From Epiperipatus broadwayi (lineage: Eukaryota; Animalia; Onychophora): a DNA stretch of 64,000 nucleotides. The stretch is taken from NCBI GenBank assembly GCA_028023455.1, contig JAQFVV010000007.1, forward strand, positions 1,364,001-1,428,000. The letters run 5' to 3'. The translations under genes were made by a program, and so were the position numbers. The notes beneath the pieces were generated by a model. It was not told the DNA's origin and made no database searches. It was given only the letters and a program-made list of their open reading frames with translations. Shown in pieces: positions 26,371 through 38,303 of this stretch (position 1 is its first letter; the number at the start of each line of letters is the position of its first letter).

Positions 26371-29054
26371 TGAAACTGTAAGATTCAAGTTCGAATCTTA
26401 AATTCACCTTAGTCATATTTGTTCTATCATCTTCTACCCACTCCTCCATCCCACCTAAATTTAAACCCTCAATACTGGATTGTGTGCATATAATAGTATT
26501 AGTTATATATATATATAAAAGCTTGTTAAATATGCCTCATGCACACACACTCCAATATGAGATATTAACGCACTGAAAATGATTTATTAAATTTAGAATA
26601 TTTAATATTTTGCGTTAATAATTATTAAGATCAAAGTTATATAACATTTTAATTTATAAAATCTAAAAGTTGCTTTTAACCTTTTTAAATATTTAAATGC
26701 ATTAAAAATAGAAATTCCCCTGCTAAGTAAAATTGTAAGTCATAGTGGGTGGGGAGAGACAATAGAATACTGAGAAATATTCCTAAAAGCTTTTTAATTA
26801 GTTTTAAAGAAACATCAGCAGTATAATGAGGTCATAGGTGTAATACGCAATAAAATAAAGTAAAATGTTCAGATTGACATGACAAATGGAACATGTGCTC
26901 TTAATGCACTATTTTACCTGCAGATATTTGAGCGGACCTGAAAAGCGAACAAATACGTAGTGTCAGATGGATCCAAGAAATAAAGAGCAAGGAAAACAAA
27001 AGGTATATAAAGTCTTGTTAAAATAAAATGGACTCGATCTATCTATCTATCTATCTGAATCTCCCAATGTCAGGCTATGTTAATATCTAATGTCTAATCT
27101 CTGATCTGCTGTTTCATTAAAATATGTTTTTTTACGTATAACATTGTGACACCTGAGTAATAGGCATGAGCTATTCTCCTTTGGAGAGTGGGAGATGCAC
27201 TGGATCGCCTACTTGCTTTTAAAATGAATTAAAATCGTCTGCTGTAATCCGTATACTGCAGCCTAATCAACTGCTGCTTACAATCATGACCACTAAATGA
27301 ACTGTTAAGGAAAAACTACTGTGCCATACTTCATAAATGAGAGGATCATTCAGAAACGTGCACATTTTGCTTAAATCAAAGGTAACCGGCACCCAAAATC
27401 TCTAAGAACTTTCACATTCTTTATTCAAACTAGAACTCATATCCTTAATTTGTATAGTTTTGTTTATAATTTCCCCTCATGTAAATCCTTTTAAACCACT
27501 AAACTTCTTAAAATCTGTAACCTTGTAATATTTAATTACTATACGATCTTTCCTTTTCTTTGGGTATCCAATTCTATTAATATTTATTTATTGACATAAT
27601 TAATTTCATGCCTCAATAATTTCCAACCTAGCCTCTTAACTTTATTAAATGTTAAACCTTCGCCAAAATGCGCGGAGTCATTAAATCACATATTTATAGT
27701 AAACTCATCTTAAACAAAGGCAAAACTCTCCATAGAGATGGTGATCATGTGATGTTTAGTGGTTAAACTCATCTTATATTGATAAAGTGGCTAGCTCGGG
27801 AATTATATAATCTTTATATTTCATATATTATTCTCGGATGCGTCTCATCTTATATTAATATGCTTTCTTGTATCGTCTTATATTTTAATGAACTATCTTA
27901 GCTTCAGAGATGCATCTAACTTTCATGATTAGCTATGAGTGTGGGTCTACCATAAATTGTGCGAGCAGATTATAATCAAACCAATCTCATGTTATTTAAG
28001 GGCTTTAAGTTTATCACTCATAAATGTGGGCCTCGGGAGTGAGTCATCATTTATTAGCAATTAAATATAAATCCTGTTCTATTATCAAATGATAGGTGTT
28101 ATTATTGAGTGATGCCAAAGTTTTTCTCTTATTTTAAGCCAGGGAAATCACCGGATACCTATGTTTAAAGATATCGTTCCGCTCCATACAGAAGGGCATA
28201 GTTCAAAGTGCTCCAATGGCAAGTTGAGTCCGTCATGTGGTTGGATAGTAACAGTGGCAGAAGTTCCCGTACACCCGGACTTGCGATTATGACCGGTCTC
28301 GTAGGGTCCTCGGCATAAATCCCGCCCATGAGTTTATATTTCTCTCCTGGCTTGCATCTCAAAGTTCGTTCCATTATTATTCTATAGCATCTCTATCAAT
28401 ACCACCTCTTGTCTAGTTAACTATTCTTTTATTCTATGCTTATGATTTCACTTCCCAAGCCTCCCACATTATCTGCCCTCCAATAACAGGCTCTATTTAG
28501 AATTAATCATGCAAATAAACTTTTTATATAATCTATTGTTGGGATGAGTTAATTCACAGCCGTATATCTCGTTCAACTTTTATCTCACACAATAACTAAT
28601 GTACTTAGTCTGGGGCATGAAATGTGGGCTTGCTACCATTAAATACCCAAAGGGACAGGTCGAATTAATGCTTTAATAATGTAAACTCATGCCATATTAG
28701 GAGTATTGATTAAGATCAAAATCCAAGTCTGTAAATAAATTTATATTAATATTAAATATAGTTTTAATTATATCTGCGTCTTCATGGTTATTTCCTTAAT
28801 GCCTTATAGCCATAGTGTCTAGTGTCGAAAAAAATTAAATATAATAAGGTCATTCATTAGATTAGTAATAATATTAGTTGTAATAGAATTAGTTAGTCTC
28901 TTGCATCTCCCTGACCCCCATAGTGTAAAAGATATTTGCTAATGTGGTGGCAAGTACATCCCGTAGTTATATGTTGTGTATTTAATCTACTACATTCAAA
29001 CTCAGCATTGCAGGCCCAACTGGTTAACAAGATATACGAATTCTGACTGTAACA
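26371..29054 (+). repeat. 5' LTR of gypsy A (2684 bp)
   Basis: TGAAAC...TGTAACA, colinear with 38304-41035. TATATAAAG near 27005. Confidence 0.93.
27713..27764. mobile_element. 52-bp family M mini-insertion with internal inversion
   Basis: Absent from the 3' LTR and flanked by the 12-bp duplication AAACTCATCTTA. It consists of the M terminus 'aggcaaaactctccata' joined to an inverted M tail 'gagatggtgatcatgtgatgttt'. Confidence 0.85.
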
Positions 29055-29077
29055 TAGTAAATTTTTTTTTTAGCATC

Positions 29078-29101
29078 TGGCGCCGCAACATGAGGCTTCG
29101 A
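29078..29101 (+). promoter_or_regulatory. Primer-binding site, resembles the complement of the tRNA-Lys(CUU) 3' end
   Basis: TGGCGCCGCAACATGAGGCTTCGA versus the recalled TGGCGCCCAACGTGGGGCTCGA; lies 23 nt downstream of the 5' LTR. Confidence 0.6.
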
Positions 29102-30789
29102 TGTAAATACCCACATACCCTGAGTAATGAATATCATATATAAAAAAAATGAGAGTTAAATTATTAAAGAGGTAAAATATGTAAAAGATTTTTTTTTAGT
29201 GTCTGGCATGCTAATGTAAGGCTTCGATGATATAATCACCCATATATCCAGAGTAAAAGATTTTTGTTTTAGCGTCTAAGCTGTAATGTGGGACATGTAA
29301 TAATAAAATAATATAACCCTGAGTAAAATATGCAAGAGATTCTAATAACCAAACTATAGATAAATAAGTCATCAAAATAAATTGTTAAATTATTAAAGAG
29401 TAAGATAGGTAAAAGATTTTTGTGACCTTGAACTAATGAGTGACCTATTATGTGAAGTTGTATATACCAATCAAAGATTTTACTCTCTTTTAAACACTTG
29501 GCATGCTAGCGTCAAAAATATAAACGTTCTACTCTGAGTAAAGAAAAAAATTTGGTAATAGTATGAATACTGAACCCCACCACTTGATGGTGTCATTTTT
29601 CACAAAACGCACATCAATATACCATTTTAGCGGCCTTAATTTAGGCTGACACTAAAATAGGTGATTTTTGAGCCGTAACAGGCCGCCTGAGGGTGATGTA
29701 TTCTACAATTACATAATGAAATACTATGCCCATTGCACTGTGACAGTATTCGTCAAGTGAGGGCTCTTGAACTCATGCTATGGTCTGATTTAATGCTGGC
29801 CGTATTTGAAAAAGACAAAACTGCAAAAATTCATTGTCGGAAATTTTTTAGAAAGCATAGTGGAATTAGTATTCCATATTAAGAATTGTCATGGCATCAC
29901 ACACGCTTCCCTACGCTTCTGAACTGCACACAACTTGAAAGGGTTCTTCTTTTCAGCAGAATTGTTTCCGATTTCGCGTGCAAATGCCCATTTACACATG
30001 AATCCGTGCGAGAACTGTAAGGGAAGTTGGTTCAAGGGCTCCAAAATCATGTTACTTACAGCTTTGAGGCTTCCCTGTTATTTTATTTGCATGTTACTTT
30101 TCTTGCAGCTTTGAGGCTTCCCTGTTATTTTATTTGCATGTTACTTTTGGCTTTTTTTTTTATGCCCCTGAAAATGGTGTTTTTTTTTGTTACTTGTTTT
30201 GGTTCACAACTTGTCCAAAGTTTCGTTTATTTTTGATTCCATAAATTATTTTATGGGAAGCTGTTGTTGTTCACATGATTAGAAAGCAGGCAGATAATAT
30301 TTGATAAGTTTCATTAACAGTTAATTAAAGTAGGTAATATTTTATTATACCAAAATAAAAAAAGAAGTGTTTAAGAGTTTATTCAAAAGGCCCCACCCAA
30401 ATATATATATATAAAATAATAATCAAGAACTGAGCGGTAACTTAATAAAATGTTCAAAAAGAAAATCCAAAAAGAAGACAATAATTAAAAATCAAAACAA
30501 ATCTTCCCCACCATTCAACTGCACCTCCCCCGGCTTAAAAAAAAAGGGGTTATTTAAAAACAAACTGTTTATGTCTTTTTTAAAATTAAAGGCCCAAAAA
30601 TGAAGAAAGAATTTTTCGATATCATATAATATAACTTTCTGAAGTGTAAAGATTTGAAACAAAAAAATAGAAAAGCCTCGTAATAAATTAACAAAAAAAA
30701 AAAGACGACAATTCAAAACCAAAACAACCCATCTTTCAGCAAATCAAAACATCAACCAATAAAAAAAAAAAAGAAGATAAGTTCAAAGA

Positions 30790-31280
30790 AAACAACCAAC
30801 CCCCCCTCCACCATCTAAAAACAATAAAGTGTTTGTTACCGTATTTTTGTGTAAACATACTGACGGAGCGTTAATCGATAATTTCAAAGCAAACCAACAC
30901 CCCTAACACCATCTAAAAACAAAGTGTTTGTTTCTTAAAAAAACGAACCAAAAAAAAATTAAAAAAAACGGTTGAAAAAAAAAACTTTAATTTACTCTAA
31001 GTAATATTATGAAAAGAAAGTGATGGGCAGTTAGTCGATATTTAAAAACAAACCAACCCCTAGACCATCTAAAAACAAAGTATTTGTTTATTAAAAAACG
31101 AAAAAAAAAAAACCCAGGTGGAATAAAAAAACTTTAGTGGTTTACCGTAATATTATGTAAACCAAATAGATGGGCCAACGACGAAAAAAAAATTAAAAAC
31201 TGGTTGGAAAAAAAAACAAAAAAAATCTTTTACCGTAATATTATGTAAACAAACAGACAGCCCGTGAATCGATATATTGA
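30790..31280. repeat. Degenerate A-rich minisatellite in the gypsy A leader
   Basis: 'aaccaac(c)ccc...accatctaaaaaca(ata)aagtgtttgtt' occurs three times, and 'tttaccgtaatattatgtaaac' and variants three to four times. Confidence 0.75.
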
Positions 31281-31455
31281 TGTGCATTGGGAGAAAAAGA
31301 GCACCATCAAACAGTAAGGTTCAGTATTCATACTATTACCAAAAAATTTTTTTAAAATCTTTGTAAATATGTATAAAAAATTTCCGTAGCTGTTGTTACA
31401 CTATATATATATATATGTAAAAAAAATTTTTGTAACAATAAGCCTTCTTTGATAT

Positions 31456-34022
31456 TGAAACAGTAAGATTCGTATTCGAATCTTAAGTTTCACCTTTATC
31501 TACCGTCTCTCACTCACCGGTCTATCCTACCCGAATTTAAACTTTTTGGTATCGAATTGTGTGTGTAGCAATATTAAAAATGTATAGATAAGTAGAATTC
31601 ACCATAAACACACACACATTTCGATCTCAAATTTAAGGCAATAAACAAAGATAAATAATATAATTTAGATTTCTTCTTTTAGTTATATAAAAATATATAA
31701 TTTTAATCATTTATTTTGAATTGTAAAATTGTTTAAATTTCATTTAGTAATAATTTTAGAAATAGATTGTAATATTTAATTAAAAGTAAAAATAATCGTA
31801 TGTTCCCTTTTTGTCTTTGAAATTTTAAAAGCATCGGTCGGTGAAAGATAATACATTAATTAAAAAGAAAAATTCCCTAAGATGTAATTATAACAATTAA
31901 ATGTAAAATCTAAACATAAACAATAGAACGGCAGCTTTCTCGATAATTAAAATTAACAAAAATGCATTGATTATCCTCAGGGCAGATTAAGTGGAATCCA
32001 AAAATAAACTATGACAAAAATGTGAAAGATAAGATATAAGAAAAAAGGCCATTTTGAGACTTGCTAAAAACTTTCACTTTAACTTTAGCTGTGCTCTCAA
32101 TCAGTTGAGAGTCCCCAAGATCTTAAATTATTTTGATGTCCCATAATATGCGTGAATAGAAAGCGCCCAGACTATTCTCCATCCGGAGATGGCCTATCGG
32201 ATGCCAAACCTTCCATTGCCCTTCATAAATTCAACCACGAAGATCTGCTGCCTAAAATAATTTGAAAGCTGCTGCTGTTAAATTACATGAATCATCTAAA
32301 TGCTGTAAAGAACTGCTAATGCTTGAATCATGAACAATTTGCTACTGATCACAGAATCGGAAAACTTCTCATAAAACAGGAACCTGTGTATCCAAATTCT
32401 CTAGAGTACTCTACTAATATCCCGCTATAGCTTATTCATTCTTTATATAACTTATAAACTGTAAATTCTCATTTGTAACGCTATAAATTTAATAATTAAT
32501 ATGTAAATTTCTTTAATAATCTAGCTTGTCTGATTCTATCTTTCTTGGATACGTATTTCTAAAATCTACATTTTATTATATAATTATCGCATGCTTAGAA
32601 TTCTCTAAGTATAAATCTATGATCGCTTGAAACAGTGGATGCGTGTCAAATTTTCATTACTATTTACTTTCATAAATAACTTAATATTTTCATACAAACC
32701 GACACGCATTCAATGCTTCCTTTATTGTAATACAGGGGTCTAGTGCTTAACAAATGGCTGACGCATTAGTTATAATAATCACCCAGTTTATATATTGTTT
32801 TTATATTTTATTAAATTTGTAATTAATAATTCCATAAAATTTGCATTTTTTTGAGAGTCGCAAACAATCCTTATTAAGTGTTGATTATGTAGGGCCGAGT
32901 TATAAAATATATTTAAGTCTTAACAAAATTGTCTGTACATTATACATGTGTTAGGTTTTAGAGACGCGATGACCCATTACAAGCCTTGAATATTCCGGAT
33001 TCTATAGGGTTGAAATTAACCCCAGTCATCCTACACAAGCGGACATATACGAAAGTCACGCAGCCAGCAGGCAATCGCGGCACGAACCGCTTGTCCCTGG
33101 TTATGCTTATGTGACACCTTACCTCTTTGGGACGATGGCAAACGCCAGCCCATCGTGCTGATAAACTCATTCACGGCTTTGCAGTTTCAATATACTGCCA
33201 TTTCATATCGCCTTTCTAGCGTACCACGTGTTTTCTTTTATTATCCTTATACTCTATGTATAACTCTGTCCCTGTATTAGCTTCATAATTCACTCTCAAA
33301 TAAATGTTTGCCCCTAGTTATTAATAAATATCTTTAATTAAATAAATATATGTCCGCCGCTACTATTATAAATTTTACTTTAGACTCTTGCACTGCAAAG
33401 GTAAATCCCTAAAAGCATGCCTTAGAAATACTTGCTCAAGAATTTTAGGTAGCTAGATTACTACATCAAATAAATGTATTTCTCTTTGTAAACATAACCG
33501 TATCGGAAATACCGCTACTGAGGTCTTAAATATAAAGTATTATTGGTAAAATGATTTTGTATAAATGTTACTAAATAAATAAATGTATTTCTTGAATAAA
33601 AGTATCGGAAAATTCCGTTACTCAATATATTACCAAATATTATTAGTAAATGATTTATTATTAAAATGTTTCAATAAATAATTTCAAACTATATGTCTGC
33701 AGTTACGTTTTATTTATTCGATACCCATTCTATAAAATATTTCCTCGATTTTGTAAATATAAATGTTTAATTAATATTAGTGTTATTATTGGCTAACTCG
33801 AAATAAAATCATGAATCTCTTGCAACATCCTGACCACTGTGCCTAAAGAAATGTTTACTAATGTCACAACAGATGCGTTGTTTCGTAAATTGTATTGTGG
33901 AACCAATAAACTATGTTCGAACGCATTACTACGGGTGGCTTCGCTACCTCGATGGTGCTGCCACTCTGTGTGGTGGTCGAATTCTGCACTATGTTAACTA
34001 ATTGCCGTTTCTGACTGTTACA
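31456..34022 (+). mobile_element. Solo LTR family B (2567 bp) nested in gypsy A
   Basis: TGAAAC...CTGACTGTTACA flanked by ATAT (31452-31455, 34023-34026). The termini resemble the gypsy A LTR. Confidence 0.88.
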
Positions 34023-34279
34023 ATATGAACAGTATAAAAGTGATAATAACAACTTTAGATCTTTGTAAAATATATCAAATTTTCCGTAGCTGTCATAAAT
34101 AATACACAAAGTTGTTTGTAATTGTGACAATAATTTGATATTTAATAATGTAAATGTCATACTCAGAGTAAGGGAATATATAGTTTAGGAAAGGATAAAG
34201 CATACACGAATCTAATAGGGGTTCCATATAAAAGCCAGAATAATAAAATAGCAGTAGTCACAAGAAGTTAGTTTAAGGA

Positions 34280-34934
34280 TAAAGCATAGGGATTTGAGCA
34301 GCATAGACAGACAAGGGCAGTAGTATAGAATAGCAAGAGGGAACAGTAATCATTTGACCACAGTACCAGGGGAGGATAGTAATGAGCCCTTTGACATTAG
34401 TAATAGAGATGCAGATAAAAATTTTCAACAGAAAAATAGTAGAGATCACAACCAAACATGGAGAGTCTCCAGGAATTCTTTTGTTGCTTTGAAGCAGGAA
34501 TGGGTAAACAAGCTACAATTGCAAAATAATATTTAAGAAGTTATGCTAGGGATTGGTGGGACACACTGGCAATAAAACCCATAATCCTGAGAAGCTACCA
34601 GGAAGCGCTGTTGAAACAGTACTGAGGCAAAGATCAGCAGAGCAGTGTCTTTTACAGACTCCGCCAGGAAACATATAAGCCCAGCGACTGAGAAATCTAC
34701 ACCCAGTTTTTCATCCACCAAGCTAACATGTTAAGGTCTTTGACAACATTCGCATTTTCGGATACATATATCACTCGGGAAATTCAGCAAGGCATGCCAT
34801 GGTCCGTTCAACAATTGATGACTGAAAGCTGCATCAGAAAAGTTGAAGAAATCGTAGAGTTCCTGACAACCCTAGAGGAGGAACAAATGGAGAAGGGGTT
34901 CAGCTACAGAAGCCCCAGTAAGAAAGCCCCATGA
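34280..34934 (+). pseudogene. Decayed gag region of gypsy A
   Basis: Position upstream of the protease, plus fragments such as WRVSRNSFVALKQEWVNKL and CIRKVEEIVEFLTTLEEE broken by stops and frameshifts. Confidence 0.5.
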
Positions 34935-35059
34935 TTAACACCAACCCTACCATAAATCAGAGATATGAAGAGGGAATGATGTCACGTTAGCGGTCATCCA
35001 AGAAGAGGATCCCACCTCAGGTCTCATGATCAGCCCATGCCCAATAATGAACACCAAAG

Positions 35060-37900
35060 TAGGGGCCTCAAAAGCAAGTGTCCTCCTTGATACAGTGGAC
35101 AAGTATCATGCATCTCTAAAAAGTGGCTGACCAAACTGGTAAAACATGGACTTATACCCAGACTCCCAGCTCGGATAATCCAGATGAAGTTAGCTGATAG
35201 AAAGTTAACAAAGACTGAGAGTTATCAGGTATGGCTGGAAGTCTCAATAGGGGAAACTACCATGGAACATGCATTCTTGGTAATCAAGGGACTCATACAG
35301 GACTTAATACTAGGATTAAACTTCCTAGCCCAGCATGGAAAGAACAAGGTAGTTTTGGGACCGACATCAAAGACCAAGAAAACCAAGTTAGATGTTTGCA
35401 AACCTGCCCTGATGAAGAGATTCACCAAAAGATCACTGAGTCATCACTTAAAATGAAAAGGAAACAATAACAATTATGACAAGTCCTAATATGAAAATGA
35501 GGGAGTATTTTCACAGATTCCTGGTGAAATCAAGGGTTACATCCATAGGATACCAGTACAAGATGAGACGAATTTTCAAACCCGTACCTACCCAATTCCA
35601 TTTCAGTACCAGCAAGAGGTCAATGCTCAAATCCAGCAAATGATAAACTGGAGTATCATCGAAAAATGGTAGTCTCCGTACAACAATCCACTGGTTGTGG
35701 TTAAAAAAAAGGGATCCATAAGACTGCTTGGACATGTGGAAACTCAATAACATCACGATACCTGAGAGAGATATTCCCCCTCCAGTCCAAAAAACATTGG
35801 GAAAACTAGTGGGGAAAAACATTCTCCACGTTAGACTTGACCGCCAGTTATTGGAAAATGGCTCTACATCCCCAAGACCGGAAATGTACAGCATTCTGGT
35901 ACAATGGGTAGACACACATGTTTAAGAGGGTACCATTCGGGCTAATAAACAGCAGTGCTGATTTCATGCGATGCCTGGACCAAGTCCTGTCAGAACCTTT
36001 AAAACAAAAACTGGTGTGCTATGTAGATGATGTCACGGTGTCATCGAGAAATATAAATGAGCACTTAGAGAATTTAAGGCAGTTCTTCGAGGAGTGCGCC
36101 CAGAATAATATAGCCATAAACCTCAACAAGAGTTGTTTTGCACTCAAGGAAATATACTTCTTAGGGCATATCATTCAAGGGCAGGGAGTTAAGGCTCATC
36201 CCGACAAAATTGAAGCCATCCATCATTTTCCGAAACCAACAAACCGAAAACAGGTACCGTCAATCCTCGACCTGTGTAATTATTACCACCGGTTCTACCC
36301 AAAATTTGCCAAAGACAAATCCCGTTTGATAGAATTACTTAAACCACAAATCCCCTTTGATAGAATTATTTAAACCACAACATTGATTGGAATGGTCGCA
36401 GACCCATGAGGAAAGTTTTCAGCAAATAAAGAAAACATTTTTGCAAACTGTAATGCTAAACCACCCTGATTTCACCTGCCCATTTTATCTACAGATGGAT
36501 AGCAGTCAAAAAGGACTAGTTGTTCCAAGTCAATCAAGATGGCCAGCACCAAGTGCTGTACTTTAGTAGCCGTACATTGAAGGGGGCCAAGAAAAATTAC
36601 AGTCACCGAACGCCCTGGCAATCATTTGGGCATGTAACAAATTCAAACACGTGCTATTAGGCTCGAAGTAATCATCATCACCGACCATCGGTGCTTGGAG
36701 CTAGTTGAACAACAACCACCTCATAAGATGGAATCTGATTCTTCAGGAAATTAACTATAAGGTTTATTGTCCCGGCCTGGAAAACATGGTCGCAGATATA
36801 ACCCGAAAATCTTTGCCACTAACGTACTAGACCACGATATGGAGCAACAGTTGAAAAACCACCAGTATTGGCAGGAACTTTGCCCTGTATATCAACAATT
36901 GATTCAGTTATAACATGAAAACCCTGTTCAGGGATGCACGACATTACAAGGCAAAACACGCTACCGGATACAGAACGGATTACTGCAGCAACAAGTGGGG
37001 ATGGAAGGAAAATGCTGGAAGATGCTGGTGCCATCAGACCTAAGGATCTGCCTCACAACTACAGGCATAACCTGATAAGACATTATGGGCCAAGGAAAAC
37101 AGATGAAGCCATAAAAAGGCAGTTCCATTGGCCAGGGATATATGCCAGCATCCTTAAAACCCTAATAAAATGCATGACATGTGCTAGAGACAAACTGCCA
37201 AGCTGGAATTATAGTGGCCCTCTCAACCCCATCATCCCATCAAAACCAAACAGAATCCTGGCTATTGACCACTATGGACCACTACCGTCATATCAGAGAT
37301 GTCAGTATCTCCTAGTCACCTATGACTTATTCTCAAAATGTAGGCCTACCCAGTCAGGAGAATGGATTCATGGTGCACGATCAGGGCATCGCAAAGCCAA
37401 TTCACCCAAATTGGGAAACCCAAAACCCTCCTTTCTGATCATGGATCAGCCTTTACATCACAGGAATGGAGGATGTGGTTAAAACAAAACCTCAGGCATA
37501 TTTTGACCTCGATCAGTAACCCAGTCAAACCACCAAGGCTGGGTGAAACAGACCAAAAAAATTTGTCAGTATATCAATGGGACGGTCAATGAGTCCAAGG
37601 GAATACACCCACGTGCTTACCATTTTGGGAGTGGACCCCACCTTAATTAAAACACCGCTACCCGGGGATGACCACCCAATTGACTCTGCAGCAGATCAAA
37701 GAAAAGCCTTCCATCGCCTAAGAGAACATGCCAAATGGAGGTGTTAAACGGGTCCAAGACATCAATTCCAAGTAGGGGACTACGTATGGGTAAGGACCCC
37801 ACAACCAAGCAACCAGGATCTAAAAAAGTACAAAAAGTTCTTTCCACTGTACCAAGGACCATTTATCATCAAAAGCGAGTGCGGCCCGAATGCATACCTA
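35060..37900 (+). pseudogene. Decayed pol of gypsy A (protease, RT, RNase H, integrase)
   Basis: VLLDT...LILGLNFL (protease); FKRVPFGL...YVDD...FLGHII (RT); FYLQMDSS and IITDH (RNase H); HYGPRKT...FHWPG...C..C and LAIDHYGPLP (integrase). Many frameshifts and stops. Confidence 0.93.
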
Positions 37901-38290
37901 CTAAAAGGATACTATTAAAGGTACGTATAATCCTCAGAGCCTCAAACCATGCAGACATCATCCACATGATCTTGGGATATAAGCCACTTAACTCAAAAGA
38001 GATAGACACAACCCTAACCAAAAATGAACATGAACTTGGGATATGAGCTTGAAAACCCCATAGGTTAATAAAGAAAATGTTTTGAGTAACTTATATATAG
38101 ATTATAATCCCAAAAACTTAGTATAATCAATAACTGATCCGAGTGTATAAGTCAACTATTTCCTGAATTCCTGTATTCTGCAATCAAAAAGAAGTAGGTA
38201 TATAAATGCAGCTTTTCTTTTAAATTTTAAATGTCCATGAACCATAAGTGCAGTTTTTTTTTTTTTGTTTGATTTTTTGTTATCCACTTC

Positions 38291-38303
38291 AAGTAAGGGA
38301 ATA
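38291..38303 (+). promoter_or_regulatory. Polypurine tract of gypsy A
   Basis: AAGTAAGGGAATA abuts the TG start of the 3' LTR. Confidence 0.7.

Noticed and set aside
29055-31300. CRISPR-like repeat-spacer array
   Set aside because: The repeats are degenerate and irregular with no unique constant-length spacers, the context is eukaryotic and there are no cas genes.
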